A DNA stretch of 64,000 nt from Harriotta raleighana (taxonomy: Eukaryota): NCBI GenBank assembly GCA_050575255.1, contig JBNZDD010013683.1, forward strand, positions 1,524,191 through 1,588,190, written 5' to 3'. Position 1 is the first letter of the stretch. Each line of letters opens with the position of its first letter. The translations under genes and the position numbers were made by a program. The notes under the pieces were generated by a model, which did not search any database, had not been told where the DNA came from, and saw nothing but the letters and a program-made list of their open reading frames with translations. Shown here piece after piece: positions 12,170 through 25,270 of this stretch.

Positions 12170-12330
12170 AAAGAACTTGCATTTTTACAGTGCTTTCAGT
12201 TTAATTTCTCATCAGAAGGACATCACTGCTGACAATGGAGTGCCTCCCATTACCACACTGGGATGTATCCCAGATTATGAACTCCAGTCCAGATGTGGGA
12301 CATGAACCCACAATATCTGATCCAGATTCG
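12170..12330 (-). mobile_element. Old DeuSINE fragment
   Basis: Reverse complement has tgtgggttcatgtcccacatctggactggagttcataatctgggatacatcccagtgtggtaatgggaggcactcc (head/core) and a ..ctgtaaaaatgcaagtt tail. Confidence 0.55.
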
Positions 12331-13064
12331 CTGAAGTCACTTCTCTTCTGCTTGTCGTTCCTCACTTAACCTTTGCAAACTGTTATTTTTCAGCATGTAT
12401 TTGTTACGATTGACAGTTTTGAGTCTTGATGGCAAACCTTAATTAAAACGAATAGACAGAAATCATTGCTCCTGAAAGACTGCGGACAGCAATCGTTAAG
12501 TTACCAAATGCACCACAGTTTGATGGTCAGTTTTAATAGGCAAAGAGGTAATGTCCTCATCTCATGCTTCAGCTACCATCAGACACATGGGATGGATTGA
12601 TATTCTCGTACCCTTCACTGATGATGCATCCACAGGCAATCACAACTCAGTCGTCAAATGCATAAGCACAGCGGCAAGCAGACGTAAATCAGCCTCTCGC
12701 TCAAGCACACAAGTAATACACAGCACGCGGTTTTAAAAAAAAAGGAAACACGCTACATATTTAACAGCTGAGAACAATTGCACACATTTCACATTACTAG
12801 TAAGCTCCAAAAAAAATGTTACTAGCAACAAACATTACTTCACATTTTTATTATTCAATGGCTGCCTTGAAACAAGAGATCTCAAAGACCAGGTTGGAAT
12901 GTGAACACCACGGTGACTACAATTTTCTTTCCAACTGGTATAATGCAGCATGTGAAACATTGGCCGATTGCTTCGAATTTAAGTACATTTTGTAAATTGT
13001 AGATCTATAGTGCAAAGAAAATTATTCTATTTGATCCTAAGCTTATTACAAAACATTCGAACAC

Positions 13065-13167
13065 AAAATATACAGTCCATTCACTTTACAGCTTACTCTA
13101 TGTAGCACTTTGAGAGATCTCAATAGCTTGATAAGGCACTATATCAAATGCACAGTTTATTATTATT
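13065..13167 (+). mobile_element. SINE 3' tail fragment
   Basis: aaatatacagtccattcactttacag...gcactttgaga...gataaggcactatatcaaatgca..ttattatt. Confidence 0.75.
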
Positions 13168-13170
13168 CAT

Positions 13171-13638
13171 ACTCCTGTAGTTTAGTGGTTGGAGCACTCG
13201 CCTTGCAAGCGAAAGACCTGCGTTCGATCCCAGGCAGGGCGAAACCTTAGGCATGTGTCCTTACTCCACATGACTGATAAAAATTGATTATTTCAATCCA
13301 TGACTTCTCTTCGACCGTGCCTTCAGCTCCCCTCTCGACTCTCTACCTCCTCCTTACTCCCACCCTCTCCCTCCCCCCTCGCCCCGAACATTTCCCCCTG
13401 CTCGGGTCTTAAATCATCTGTCCAGCGCCTTGGGACGTCCTCCTGACGTGAAACGCGCTCTATAAATGTAATTTTGTTGTTGTTGTTGTTGTTGTTTGTG
13501 GCACACTGCTGTACGCAATCAGCTGCAGTATTTCACCCACAAAATATATAGTCAACTCACTTTACAATATATTCTATGAAGTGCTTTGACATCTGGAAGA
13601 CATGAAAAGCATTATATCAAATGCAAGGATTATTATTA
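13171..13638 (+). mobile_element. Full-length tRNA-derived SINE split by an L2 insertion (SINE halves 13171-13305 and 13494-13638)
   Basis: A-box tagtttagtggttggagc, cttgcaa loop, B-box gttcgatccc; the halves join as atccatgact|gtttgtgg, matching the uninterrupted copies at 7865 and 54132. Confidence 0.88.
13306..13493 (+). mobile_element. L2 LINE 3' end nested in SINE
   Basis: ctcttcgaccgtgccttc, C-rich 3'UTR, agcgccttgggacgtcctcctgacgtgaaa..tataaatgtaatttt and a (GTT)n tail. Confidence 0.88.
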
Positions 13639-15939
13639 CTGTATTCTTATTATTATTAAGACTTTGTCATGGGGCCTTTTCTCTTTTTAATCCAATAAAT
13701 GTTTTGGTATTCTCCTGCTGTGGTTGTGCTACGGCTAGTGATGGTCATTTCAGTCTGGTGCAAATAAACCCTCAGCTCCAGATGTTCACTTCCCGACAGA
13801 GTCACAAGAATTGCATTCAGCTCCTGGTTCTGAAGCAACCATTTTCAAAGCTATTGGAAATACCCCTGATATGAACAAAATATGAGCATTCAGGACACGT
13901 ATCATTTATTATTTACTATGTGGGCAAGTAATCACATTATAGAGCACCAAGCATCTATTAGATAGGAATAAACTGGAAGCTTGGCTTTACAGCACATTTT
14001 ATTTTGGAGCTTACTAGTATTGATGTAATAGGGGCCCATCATTGACACATAACAAAAAGTTCAAGCACTGTATTTGTAAAGGTTTATCCTGTGAGTGGTT
14101 TACATGAATGAAGAGCTTGTTAATTACCACCTGATCTTGCGACCGGTGTAACATTAATGTCATCGCAAGTGAATACTCCAGAAACTCCTCAGCCAAATGT
14201 TCTTCTTTAAAAAATATTGAAGACCCGGCCGATAGTCACCTGTTCTGGGGCTATTCTGCACACTGAATCTTATAGAAAATGTATTGTTCCTTATTCTCAT
14301 TAGAAAGTCTTGAACACAAGCAGCGATATTCAACAAAACCAATCTTTATTGACCTTCCTCAAAATTACTTTCGCCTTTTTTAAAGAAGCTCCAAACCAGA
14401 ACTTTTTGGCCAATTTGAGATATTTGTTCTGGATGTAAAAGGTCTTGAGGTCATTTTTTGTTGTATTCGTGTCTTACCTCAACAGACATGTACTATTCTC
14501 CAGGACACTGTTTGGGGGGTCCCTATATAATAGCAAGTTGTTGTTATTATACTATTCGAACTTCAGAGTAAAATCAGTGTCCCTGTAACAAATCATGTGG
14601 AAAGTCATGGCTGGCTTATTTGGCTTTGATCAGTTGGTCTGACTGTAGTGGTAGCTATCTAACCCGCATTAGAAGCTACAAGGGAGTACTGTATATACAA
14701 AATGCACAGATTCACTTTTCAGAGGTCTTATTTTTTTTAAAATAAAGTGTGTAGCTGTGGGTGCAATGGATCACCAAATTATTCTAAATTGTGAGAAATA
14801 TAAAACCTTAGAAAATTGGATCAACTGACCTGAAGGACTGATTTAAAGAGAAATAAATCTGTTCCTTTATTCCTGGCATCATGATATCGGTAAAGATCGA
14901 GCTGCGATATTTATGATGTCTCTTCACCTTCTTCACAGCCAGGCATTGGTGATCAGATTGAGTGGGGGAAAAAATTAGGTGCTAGTGTTTGGGAGAAATC
15001 CCTTGGGAAAGATGAATTGGCTGACTGGATAGAGAATTAACTTATATTGTCAGCAAACATATGGTGGGGGAAGCCCAGGTTAAATTAATGATATGATTTC
15101 TAACTCAGTCTTTGCAGCCACAATATTCCCCAGGGTTTTGCTGCTCTACTTTTCTGAGTACACAGATTCAACATGGATCCCTGGCCACGGGCAATTGGGA
15201 AAATAGGTAACTATTGTAGTTACTGGAATATTTCCAGCTCACAAGCGAGACGACAGAAGAGTTCACACAAAAAACAGTGAAGTAAATATGAATATTAATA
15301 GAGAAGACTCACCTGGCTCAACTAAATAATGTTCAAAATTGAATATATTTTGAAGGCTTCAAAAAAACTTTGTAGTAAAATCCTATGAGGTTCTTTGTGA
15401 CATCGCACCAACGTGATAAATTGCTATAGCAAATACTGCACAGAAAATTACCCAACTCAGAGCAGATCATGTAAACAATCCTGCACTGAAATCTCAAATT
15501 GTATTCTCATCACTTCAGGCAAGAAACTAAGGATTTCATCTTAAGAATTAGTACAGTATACAGTTTACAAGCTTTCTTTCCAGTGCTATACACAAAATAA
15601 ATGAAACATGATTCTTCGGGCAGTGAGAATGTTCTGCCAATGAAGATATTGTTCAAATTGGGCGTCTCCAACAACTTAGCACTCCTCCAGAAAGTACTGG
15701 GTGCTGGTTGACAAGTTGCCAAGGCTTGGCGACCCCAGAATATCCATTGGGGTACTGCTGGAGGCTAGCCAGCAAAAACCACATAGATTCCCATTGAGAG
15801 CACTGCCCTGTAAGCTTTCCCACTACTTGTCCAGCTAGGACCACTCTACCTGTTAGGGCTTTGGCTTTCAGAGTTAATAAGAGCTGACTGGGAAGAATCC
15901 CTTTCCCTTGCGACTGATGACTGTGACTAAATTGTTTAT

Positions 15940-16005
15940 TCAGAAGCGCTTTGGGACATCCCCCCAACGTGAAAGCCGCTAAACAAATGTAATGTTGCTG
16001 CTGTT
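15940..16005 (+). mobile_element. L2/SINE 3' terminal fragment
   Basis: aagcgctttgggacatcccccaacgtgaaagccgctaaacaaatgtaatgttgctgctgtt. Confidence 0.6.
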
Positions 16006-16584
16006 ACTCTTCTCTGATTTGGTGTTTCTCTCTACCTTTGTTAGAAGTATTGGTCACCCTAGCGGCTTTTGTAGCAAGATAATTCAATGCATTGATTTAA
16101 TGTACGACTAACCATGACAGTAGTATGTGGAGGGTAACAAGCAAACGCTATTTCACTTTTCGTTTCACAGAGGCAGAGGGATCCTTTGAGGAACTATAAA
16201 TTAGCGTTTAAGAGGCTGTTGCTCTGTGCTATGTTTCTTGTACTAACAGGGAACTGATAGGAGTTGAGCACTTTCCTGGAAAAATTGTCAAACAGTTACA
16301 CAATATAATTTGGAGCCTATTTTCCCTATTATCGCACTGATTTATTGGAAGATAGAGCCACTAGATTTGTGCCCCAGAAATCTCAAGAGAAAACTGATGC
16401 CATTATAGAACAGCTGAGCACTTGTTACTGAGCTGAATTGTGCTGTTCACAGCATCACAAATAGCTCCAAGTAATGGTAATATGATGCAGCGGACTTACA
16501 GGCATCTTTCTTCTTTGAAATATTGTTTAATTTTCATCATTTATTTAAAATAACATAAGAATATAATATAGTTGCTTGGATTCC

Positions 16585-16670
16585 ATCTCCCTGTTCAGGT
16601 GGACATTTGAGATCCCAAGGCACTATTCAAAAGAGAAAGGAGTTTTTCTCAATATCCTGGCCAACAAACC
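16585..16670 (+). mobile_element. DeuSINE core fragment
   Basis: ctgttcaggtggacatttgagatcccaaggcactattcaaaagagaaaggagtttttctcaatatcctggccaac matches 30745-30820. Confidence 0.65.
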
Positions 16671-17424
16671 ACCTCTCCATTTTGCAGGCATTTCCAAATG
16701 TTTGCAGCATGAATATTGCAATCTTTTGACAACGCTACCCTAGTTTTTTTTTCACAAGACGATCTGAAATATCAGCCTGCACATTCACTCTGTATTGTCT
16801 CAGACTTCACTCATTTCTTTTTCTGTTATGACTGTCAAACAGACCAGAAGCATTGCAGTGATTTGGTTTCATTACAATTTATTTTGTTTTGAGTTTTGTG
16901 GAGCTCCTGATTAGACAAATCATCTCAGACTAAATCAAGCACACTTTCCAGGGTGATGTTTGTCAGTTCACTTCAGCGTTTACATTGGCCATTAGCTCTG
17001 CTATGCAATTTCCAATCATTTCCCATGGCATATGTCAAAAAAACGTTAACAGAGTAAATTCTGCAAGATCTATCTAAATTTATTTTTCTTCTTTTGCAAC
17101 CTGGTGCCCTGGTATCACGTTCAAATCTGTTTAAGAAATTTCAAAAGACTAATTGTCAATATTATCAAGTCTGCAAACTTGTTTATTAGATTTTGTAAAA
17201 GAGACAGATTTAGTTATTGCTAGAAGGAACACCTACACTGTATTTAAATGCCCTCGTACCTAACCTTTCTTTGTAAGGACATGGAGAGAACCAATACCTG
17301 AGGTGCTAATTTGTGTGTTGGCTAAAGCGAATTAATTTAAACTGAAGATCTTGAGCAATACCAGTTTTCATCACTATAAAATGAATTCTGCTTGTGCACC
17401 AATAATAATAATTATTAAGATAAT

Positions 17425-17528
17425 TAATAATCCTTTCATTTGATATAGCGCCATTCACATTGGGAGTAAGACTCAAAGCTGTTCACAAGATATAGGGTAA
17501 AGTGTAGTGACTATATTTTTAGGTGAAT
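17425..17528 (-). mobile_element. SINE 3' tail fragment
   Basis: taataatcctttcatttgatatagcgcc...gtaaagtg is the reverse complement of the SINE tail. Confidence 0.7.
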
Positions 17529-20500
17529 GAATGGTTAAAATGGAAGCCTGAAATATTAGAAACTGAATGAAATAGCATCATTGCTCAGCAATTAATCATT
17601 TATTGGGCTATTATTGGCCCTTGTATACATCTGCTATTTGAACAAGTGTCTACAGTCCATACAAGCAATCCAGTATATGGAGCAAAATCCCCAGATAATG
17701 AGACGAGTAATACAAAACAGAATTTCATGGCATCTTTGCAAAAGAAGACCCAGTAAGGACGGGCAAGTTTCCAAATAATGAAATGTATTGTCAACTATGA
17801 GATGATCTGCAGGCTTCTTTCCTATTGTTAAGAATAATTATTAGAACCATTCAGGGAAAGGAGATATAGGGGAAAAAAAATGGAGAATTGCAGAAATCAT
17901 TCTGTAGCACAAGTGCACTAAATTTCCAATTTTTGACTGAATGAATTAATTGATATTCTAATCCCATAATAATACATGTCGTAATCCTTAATATAATTTT
18001 CTGAAAGAGCTTGCGACTCGAAGGTTATATCAGAAAAGGTTCTCTACAGGCAATTGTCTGCCCTTTAAAATATGGCTTGGCAGATGTTATTGTCCCTGAA
18101 AATGTCCATAAAGTATATTCTAGTAAATTCATTTGCATCTTTATCTTTCTGCTTAGAGTGCTTACTAATTCAAGATAAATGCAGCCTGCATTAAAAATTC
18201 TGAATCTTTTTTTATGCACAGTCAAATTCTCAAAATTGTACTACTTCATCAGTGTATATTTGCATGGATTTCCACTGTACTCAAACCATTTTCCATCTTT
18301 ATCCATCAATTGCAAAAGTTCTGTACAAAGGAACTTCTGAAAGAAGTAGATGCACAGTACATTTAAAAATTCGAAACCTATTTTGAGCCCAAATGTAAAT
18401 ATTCTACCACCGACTCCACCCATGGACTTTGGACATGGAATAAAATGAGGTAAAATCCCTGTAAAAAGGAATCACGGTAAATTGGATCCAATTATCTGCA
18501 AAGATCAATGGAGTTCAGTCTAGCCTTTTTGAAAAACTCTCTTCTTTTTTCTTATTCTGTTTGTCCAAACACAGCCTGAATCGCTTTCATCTTGGACAGT
18601 GTGGTAACTTCATTGCCCTCTATTCCTTTGGCTACGCCTTCCACACTGCAAGTTTGTTCAGTGCTATGAATCTTTCATGTTGAAAGCTCGTGCGGCCCTT
18701 GGTAATCAGATTAAAGATTGCGGTTGATATTCACAGCAATGACTCACTCCTGTATACTTTTATTACTCGGCTCAATAGCAGACATGAAAATATCTGAAAT
18801 CGTGTTTGTCTTTTCTATTCTGGGTTTGTTCTGACCATTATGAAGTCCCAATGGTAGTCACAAGGGGAATGCAATTCCCTTACGAGCTGTATTGAGGGCA
18901 AGACTGAAGGTTATTAATCATTGCTCGCAGTGTTCATAACTGGAAAATGGACTGCAAGGAATCAGTTTCCACGGAATGATACATCTTTCATCCATGCATT
19001 ACTTTGACCAGTCTCTAATCAATAAGTATTTTCCCCATAGATCAAAATAGTAGTGGAAATTTGGTTAGATCATCTGTCTTACTAAGGAATGAAGTTCCAG
19101 TAGGGGAACTTAATGTGAATTCTTTTGGAAAAACAAATCTTTAAAACTTTTATTAAACTGTGTTCGTTTTATGCACATTGTCATTCTCGGAAATCATACA
19201 AGATAAACCATTTTTGTTCCCAGTGAAAAGAAATACAGTAGACCCACTATGGATGTCACGCGAAGAGAACAGTGAAACGAGCATAGAGTCAAGAATTAAA
19301 CTTTCAACATTAGCAGTTGACTCACAAACACAAATCCTCTTCCTTCCCCACCCCCACAACGCACACAGTCACATAAATACACACAACATACAACTGCTCA
19401 CCCACCTCCCCCACATGCACCCACTTACACAACTGCAGAGATTTTTGTGTGTTCCTTGATACACCATTGCTACGCTCCATTTCATTTGCTGGCCAAGTGA
19501 TTCAAGTTAACTTCTCGGTTCCTAGACATCACAGAATGTCTTTGATTTTATGCCAGGATCTTGCCTCCCTTGCTCAGATGACTGGGTCCTTCAAGCCATG
19601 CATTGTACACTGACTAACTCCAGCTTCTTCCCAGATGTCTGCCACGACTGAGGTTGACATGGCTGTTGACAGAATTAACTGCTGAACCTGAACCATGTTA
19701 GAAATCTGTCTTTCTCCCATTGTTAAGGAAAGTGCATCTGGACAACTGTGTGCTACATCATTGTGTCACACAAAAATAACCCTTATTTGATTGCAACTAT
19801 GCCAATCTCTGATAAATATGTTTTGAGATGTTTAAATAAAGTGGGATTATCTAGTAAAGTTGCTATATTTGTATACATGTGTATCGTGGCCTAATTTTAG
19901 TGCCTAAATCAATATCTTACTGTACTGTATCTTGATGCCCATTACCGCTTATTCTGGACTAGAACTCATCTAACTAATATCCTACTTGCAGAAATTATCT
20001 TTTCATCTATTATTGCATGTCTTAAATTCTTCAATGTGACCATGATAGATTTTAATAGCAGGGTTTTTGTTGCTTCAGTAAAATGTTTATCTTTTTACAA
20101 CACCTTCCTAAAATAGATTTAAAAGAGTCAGATTGTGGACAAAACGCAATACTCTCTGTGGACTTCCAGAGGTTTTGGTTTAAATCCAGTTCTTGGAAAG
20201 GAAATTAAAGTTGACTGTTAAGAGCCACAGTGAATTAGCTCCAGTTCACATTTCAAAATGAGCTTCAGAGTGATTCTAATGGGGATTATGGTAAATTCTC
20301 ACTAGAGCAAATTTAACAAAAGGCCCAGTATTTATTGTAGATGGTTAAATGTTTCAGTGGGTTTATTTACATGGTGAATAATAGATGTTCAATACACCAC
20401 GTTTAATGATAAACAAGGGGACAATACCCTGCAAGAGAGGTAAGCAGGGAATGGATCCTAGGGAATGGATGGGAGGGATTTCTGTATCTCAGTGGCTAGT

Positions 20501-20759
20501 ATACACATTGTTATTACTCTAACAAATTCTGATAATTGCTTGTTGGATTCGATTCTTCCTTCTCAACTGAAGTATGGTAAATTGTTTTATTCCTGTAAAA
20601 AATGCTACATTTTTCATCCGAGTGTCTTATTGTTTTGATAGCTTCGTACTCTGTGTATAAGAAATCAGTAATGTTTTTAATTCTGATTCTACTCAATTTG
20701 TAAATAGGCGATAAATGCAGTTTTGAGAGACCCGAGTTTTCATAAGCTGATATGAATGG

Positions 20760-21000
20760 ATTACATTAACTTATCAGTTTGGTACACAGCACTTGCAGTA
20801 GCCTTCAATATACCCACAGTAAATTCGCTTTGTAATATCATAATACTCTCTGGAGAATACTCCATTCCCCAGTTTAGTGTTATCATTCACTCTAATGAAT
20901 ACTGACAACCATTGCTTTTCTGCGGGAATAAAACTCAAAATTAGTTGCAGCATTATGATTTGATTGTGTGGACTGAGAAGAGCATGATAAAAGATCAAAA
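20760..21000 (-). mobile_element. Very old CR1-like RT remnant
   Basis: Minus-strand translation VNDNTKLGNGV resembles the CR1 catalytic 'FADDTKLGG' motif; the remainder is highly decayed. Confidence 0.3.
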
Positions 21001-22043
21001 TCATTCCTTAAAATTGGGAAACAATTATATATACAGCTGTCAGAGGCGACAGCTTCAGAAAAAAAAACTAGTGGATCAAATGCAATGAAATTTTCCTGTC
21101 TGACATTTCCTTGTGAAATGGAAACTGTCAACAGGTTAGTCATGCTGACTTGAAGTCTGGCTGTATTAGTGTTCTGTGTCAGAGTAATATGCTTTCTGAG
21201 TAACTGACGGAGCTCAAAATTGTGCTGTGCATTCTTCCAATGCGGCTGTCCTTCTGAATTTTACAAAATTCAATGTAATCAGAATAAATAATTCAGCCAG
21301 TCAGACCTACTTTAATCTGTTCCTTATGCAATTGTTTCTTTTCATTGTAAGATTGCTATTTTTCTAATTTGATGCAGCAATCTAGTGGTAAAAGTACATA
21401 TTTGCTGCTTTTAAGAAAAAAAAACTCCCCTGCAGCACCCAGCAGTGGAACTGCAGTTTAAACTCAGAGATTTGCCAGTTAATACAAGACTCACACCAAA
21501 ACTCAAAATTAGTTGTTATAATTCCATTTCTACTTCTGCATTGCAGTATTGGGTCTTAAAGGTTCATATGAGTTAGATTTGATGAGTGGCAGCGTTTTTA
21601 AAAGCCACATTACACAATCACAGAGATTCAACTGAAAAAGATCCTTTGAACTCATCCTTCCAGATCCTCCACTCAATCATTCCCTGGCACCCACCCCTGC
21701 CCCGTCACAAAATCGAGCTATTTCTCAAATGAGTGCAATATGAGATTGTATAAGCAAATGCAAGGAGTTTATGGATCTTTCACTGTATTTGTCTTGCTCC
21801 TACAGTTTTATTCCTTATCAAAATTCTCGCACATTCATATAATTCTGAGCCCTCGCTTTCCCTCTCCAAAATATTTAAATGCAGCCTATCTTACACATGG
21901 GTATAGAGATCTTAATAAGTTACAAATCTCAGTCATGCCACTGTGTATTACATTGTGACCAAATTCTATCTACGGAGGGCCTCAAAACTAACTTCCATTA
22001 AATGTTTCAAAAAGGAAAAATACTACAAATTAATGCTGGAAAT

Positions 22044-22258
22044 CTGGAAAAAAAACAGGAATTGCTGGGAACACTCAGCAGGTCAGGCAGCATCTATGGA
22101 GAAAGAAAAAGTGACTCAACGTTTTGGGTCCACGACCCTTTGACATAAATGAGCCTTTGACAAAGGGTCGTGGATCTGAACCATTGACTCACTTTTCTTT
22201 TCTCCATAGATGCTGTCTGACCTGCTGAGTATTTCCAGCGATTTCAGTTTTTGTTCCA
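22044..22258. mobile_element. Palindromic (fold-back) Penelope-type element with degenerate hammerhead-like cores
   Basis: ~100-bp arms (about 22046-22145 and 22158-22258) are imperfect reverse complements around a 12-nt loop; the inner ends read tgacaaagggtcgtgga(c/t)c..aa.c. Confidence 0.8.
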
Positions 22259-24829
22259 CTAAATGCTTTTCTGTCTTTATTTTAAGCTTTCCTCACGATG
22301 AGAAGGTTGACTGAAGCGATTGGTAGCTGATGGTGAATGGGAGGTTTGTTAGATTTGGAAAGCCAAGTGGCAATACTGATTTGAAGTTGATATTCGCATG
22401 ATTTCTAGAAAGTTCCATTGAGGAAGCGGGAGGGGTGTAACAAAACGCCTTTGGAACATTGCTGGGGTTGGGTGGGGGGGGTGGGGTGGGGGTAGTGGGG
22501 AAGAGAGCATTTGTCAACAACCCGAGTAGCTGTTTCAAAATTGATGTAATCTCCAAGTCATTTCAGCTTCACCCTGTGAAATCGGAAGGGACAGTCCAGT
22601 CTCATTTAAATAATGTTTTATTATTGAACGTTATTCTTGTCATTGGCGATGTCAGTGCCACAAAAATTAACATCATTCAGATTGGGAATCCATGTGATCA
22701 GGGACTTCAGGCAAACAGCTGTTGGAAGCCTCAGGAGGAAAATAGGAGGGATTCAGTGGAGAAGTGGATCCTTGACTGAAAGCTGAGTGAAAATGTTAGA
22801 AATAGGATTGAATCAAAAGTCTTGGAAGGTAACCTGCAATATGAGAAAGAGGGGGAATGGACTTCTGCAAAATAATTCCTTTTTACTTCTATTGCATATG
22901 AACATATAAAGGGAATTCCTAAAAATATTAATATTCCACCAGTGTGACAGCAAACAGACAATTTCACACCAGGAAACAGCTCAGAATACAACCGTATCTA
23001 TTTCAATGTTGTTCTCTCCATTTGAATATGCGCCACAAAGTGTTGCTTGTTATGGATGGTGGTGGTGGTTAGTCTATTTCCAAGATGTATTTTCACATGC
23101 GAGGCAGGCCGGGTAATTCACGAGTGGAATACTCACAAGTCTTGAATATTCTGTTGTCTTGTGAATTATGTGGCAGCATCAGTCAGTCAAAGGCATTACA
23201 GCACCACATCAAAGTGTTTTTTTCTTTATTGAGGCTCAAAGATGTATATTACATAAAATGTTAGATGGCACTGAAAATGGCATTAACTTTAAGAGCGCAA
23301 GTGTCACTCACAAAGCATTTGATCTGCATCTTTTTGTTGTTTATGATATCATCCAGATGCTTTGATTAAATGATTGCCTTGTGCTGTAACTCTCTTCCAC
23401 ATGATTTTGTGCATTGTCAGGTTTATGAGTACTGGACTGAAGTGTATATGAGCTATAATTGAAAATATTCTAAGTCTCTTTGCTTTATTCAACATCTCGA
23501 ACACAACCTTAATTGTAAATATTTCAGAACAAGGTAAGCTTGTGTGCGATTCCAACTCTAGTGTCTATGAACAAGGTTTTCCACCTAGATTTCGATGACA
23601 CAAACTGGCTTCTCTTAGGAGTTCATTGCTTTTGGCACACTGCTTCACATTCTCTCTGGGACTAACCATGTTGTTCTACTTCTCTCGAAGGGTTTCATCA
23701 ATGTACTCTTGAGTCCCAGAGGGTACAAGCATGAGATGCTTACAAGTCACAGATGGTTCACTTTCCCTTTGGGAACAGAACAGGAGAAAATGCTCTTTTA
23801 GGGTTTTTCTGAAAAATACAAAAAGCATTCCGTTTTCGATTTTATTTAAATGAAACATGTTAGGAAAACACTAAGGTCCTAAATTAGAAACGCTAAAACA
23901 TAGGTTATGGGAAAAAGTGGAAACACAAGATGTGTGTTTTTGTGCTGATGTGGAACAAATATATTCAGGGATGTACAGTAAATACATCTATATATCTTTA
24001 CAAGTCTGACATAAAAACCCAATCTGCTCCTCAGCTCATAATGGTACAACACTGTACAATTCTCACCAGTTTATAAGTAACTGCCTTGGCCATCCTGACC
24101 TATTATACATAATCAAATTCAATTGTAGTTTGACAGATCCTCAACTTTCCCTTATGAATATTTAATCAGCTTTCCGAATTGCCTTCTTGATTCCTTAGTG
24201 GTATGCAAATATGTTATAGATTTATGCGAGGTGGGTACAAATTTACAACCGGGATATGATATTGTGTGTTATGAGCAGGGCTGTTGTCATCTTTAATCTT
24301 TCATATCTATAAATGCCCCTCCAATTTTCACAAGGCAATTTATTTTTAATTGAAGAAATTATTTTAGGCAAAGGTTAGCATTCCTCAGTTTAGGAAAGGC
24401 GAGTACCCTCTTGAATCATTTTAATCCTTATTGTCAGAAGACGAGATTCATCTTGAAATGCTCCAATAATTTGGATTGAAATTGATATTAATGCAACTTC
24501 AAAACTTGGTTTAAACAATTCTGAACTGGTTGGGATCTCATTAATATCATGTTAGATAAGATTTAGTTTTATTAAAAATCACTTTTAATATCTCCAGGCT
24601 ATTGTTTTCATGTAAGAATTTCTCTTCAATCATGGGATTGGTGGGAGGTTGCCCTGGCCTTATGTGAGAAGGAGTGCCAACTACTGTAGTACTTTAAGAA
24701 GTCATCCACCTTTCTCAAGGGTTGGAGAATAATTACCAGAGGGACTGTTGATGGGTTGGGATTGGGTTGAATTTCTGCCTTTTACAGAGAAACATCAAGA
24801 AAATTAGTTGTACTTACTACAATCTCTGA

Positions 24830-24890
24830 TGAGCGCCTTGGGACGTCCTCCAGATGCAAAAGGCACTCTACAAATGTAATTTTGTTGTTG
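24830..24890 (+). mobile_element. L2 3' terminal fragment
   Basis: agcgccttgggacgtcctccagatgcaaaaggcactctacaaatgtaattttgttgttg. Confidence 0.75.
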
Positions 24891-24936
24891 ATGAGTTCAA
24901 AGGAAGTTCAGTACTTATAGGACACCCCTGGATATA

Positions 24937-25270
24937 ACAACAACAACAATAACAAAATTACACTTGTACAGTGCCTTTTACTTCGGGAGGACGTCCCAAA
25001 GCACTGAATAGTCAGGTTGGGACCCGAGCGGAGGGTGAGAGTCGGAGATGGGGGGAGGGGGAAGGAGTATTGGAGAGGGGAAAGAGTCATGGGGGGAGCC
25101 AAAGGCTCGGTCGAAGAGGAAGGTCTTGAGACTGGCCTTGAAAGAGGAAAGGGGGGAAGCAAGGTGGAGGGACTGCGGAATGGAGTTCCATCGTGTGGGG
25201 GCAGAGAGGCTGAAAGCCCAGCCATCGATGGTTGGGCAGTTAGGGTGGTGGACGCAGAGCAGGCCTGAGA
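24937..25270 (-). mobile_element. 5'-truncated L2 LINE
   Basis: Minus-strand translation TIDGWAFSLSAPTRWNSIPQSLHLASPLSSFKASLKTFLFDRAF (L2 ORF2 end), C-rich 3'UTR and (TTG)n tail. Confidence 0.9.
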
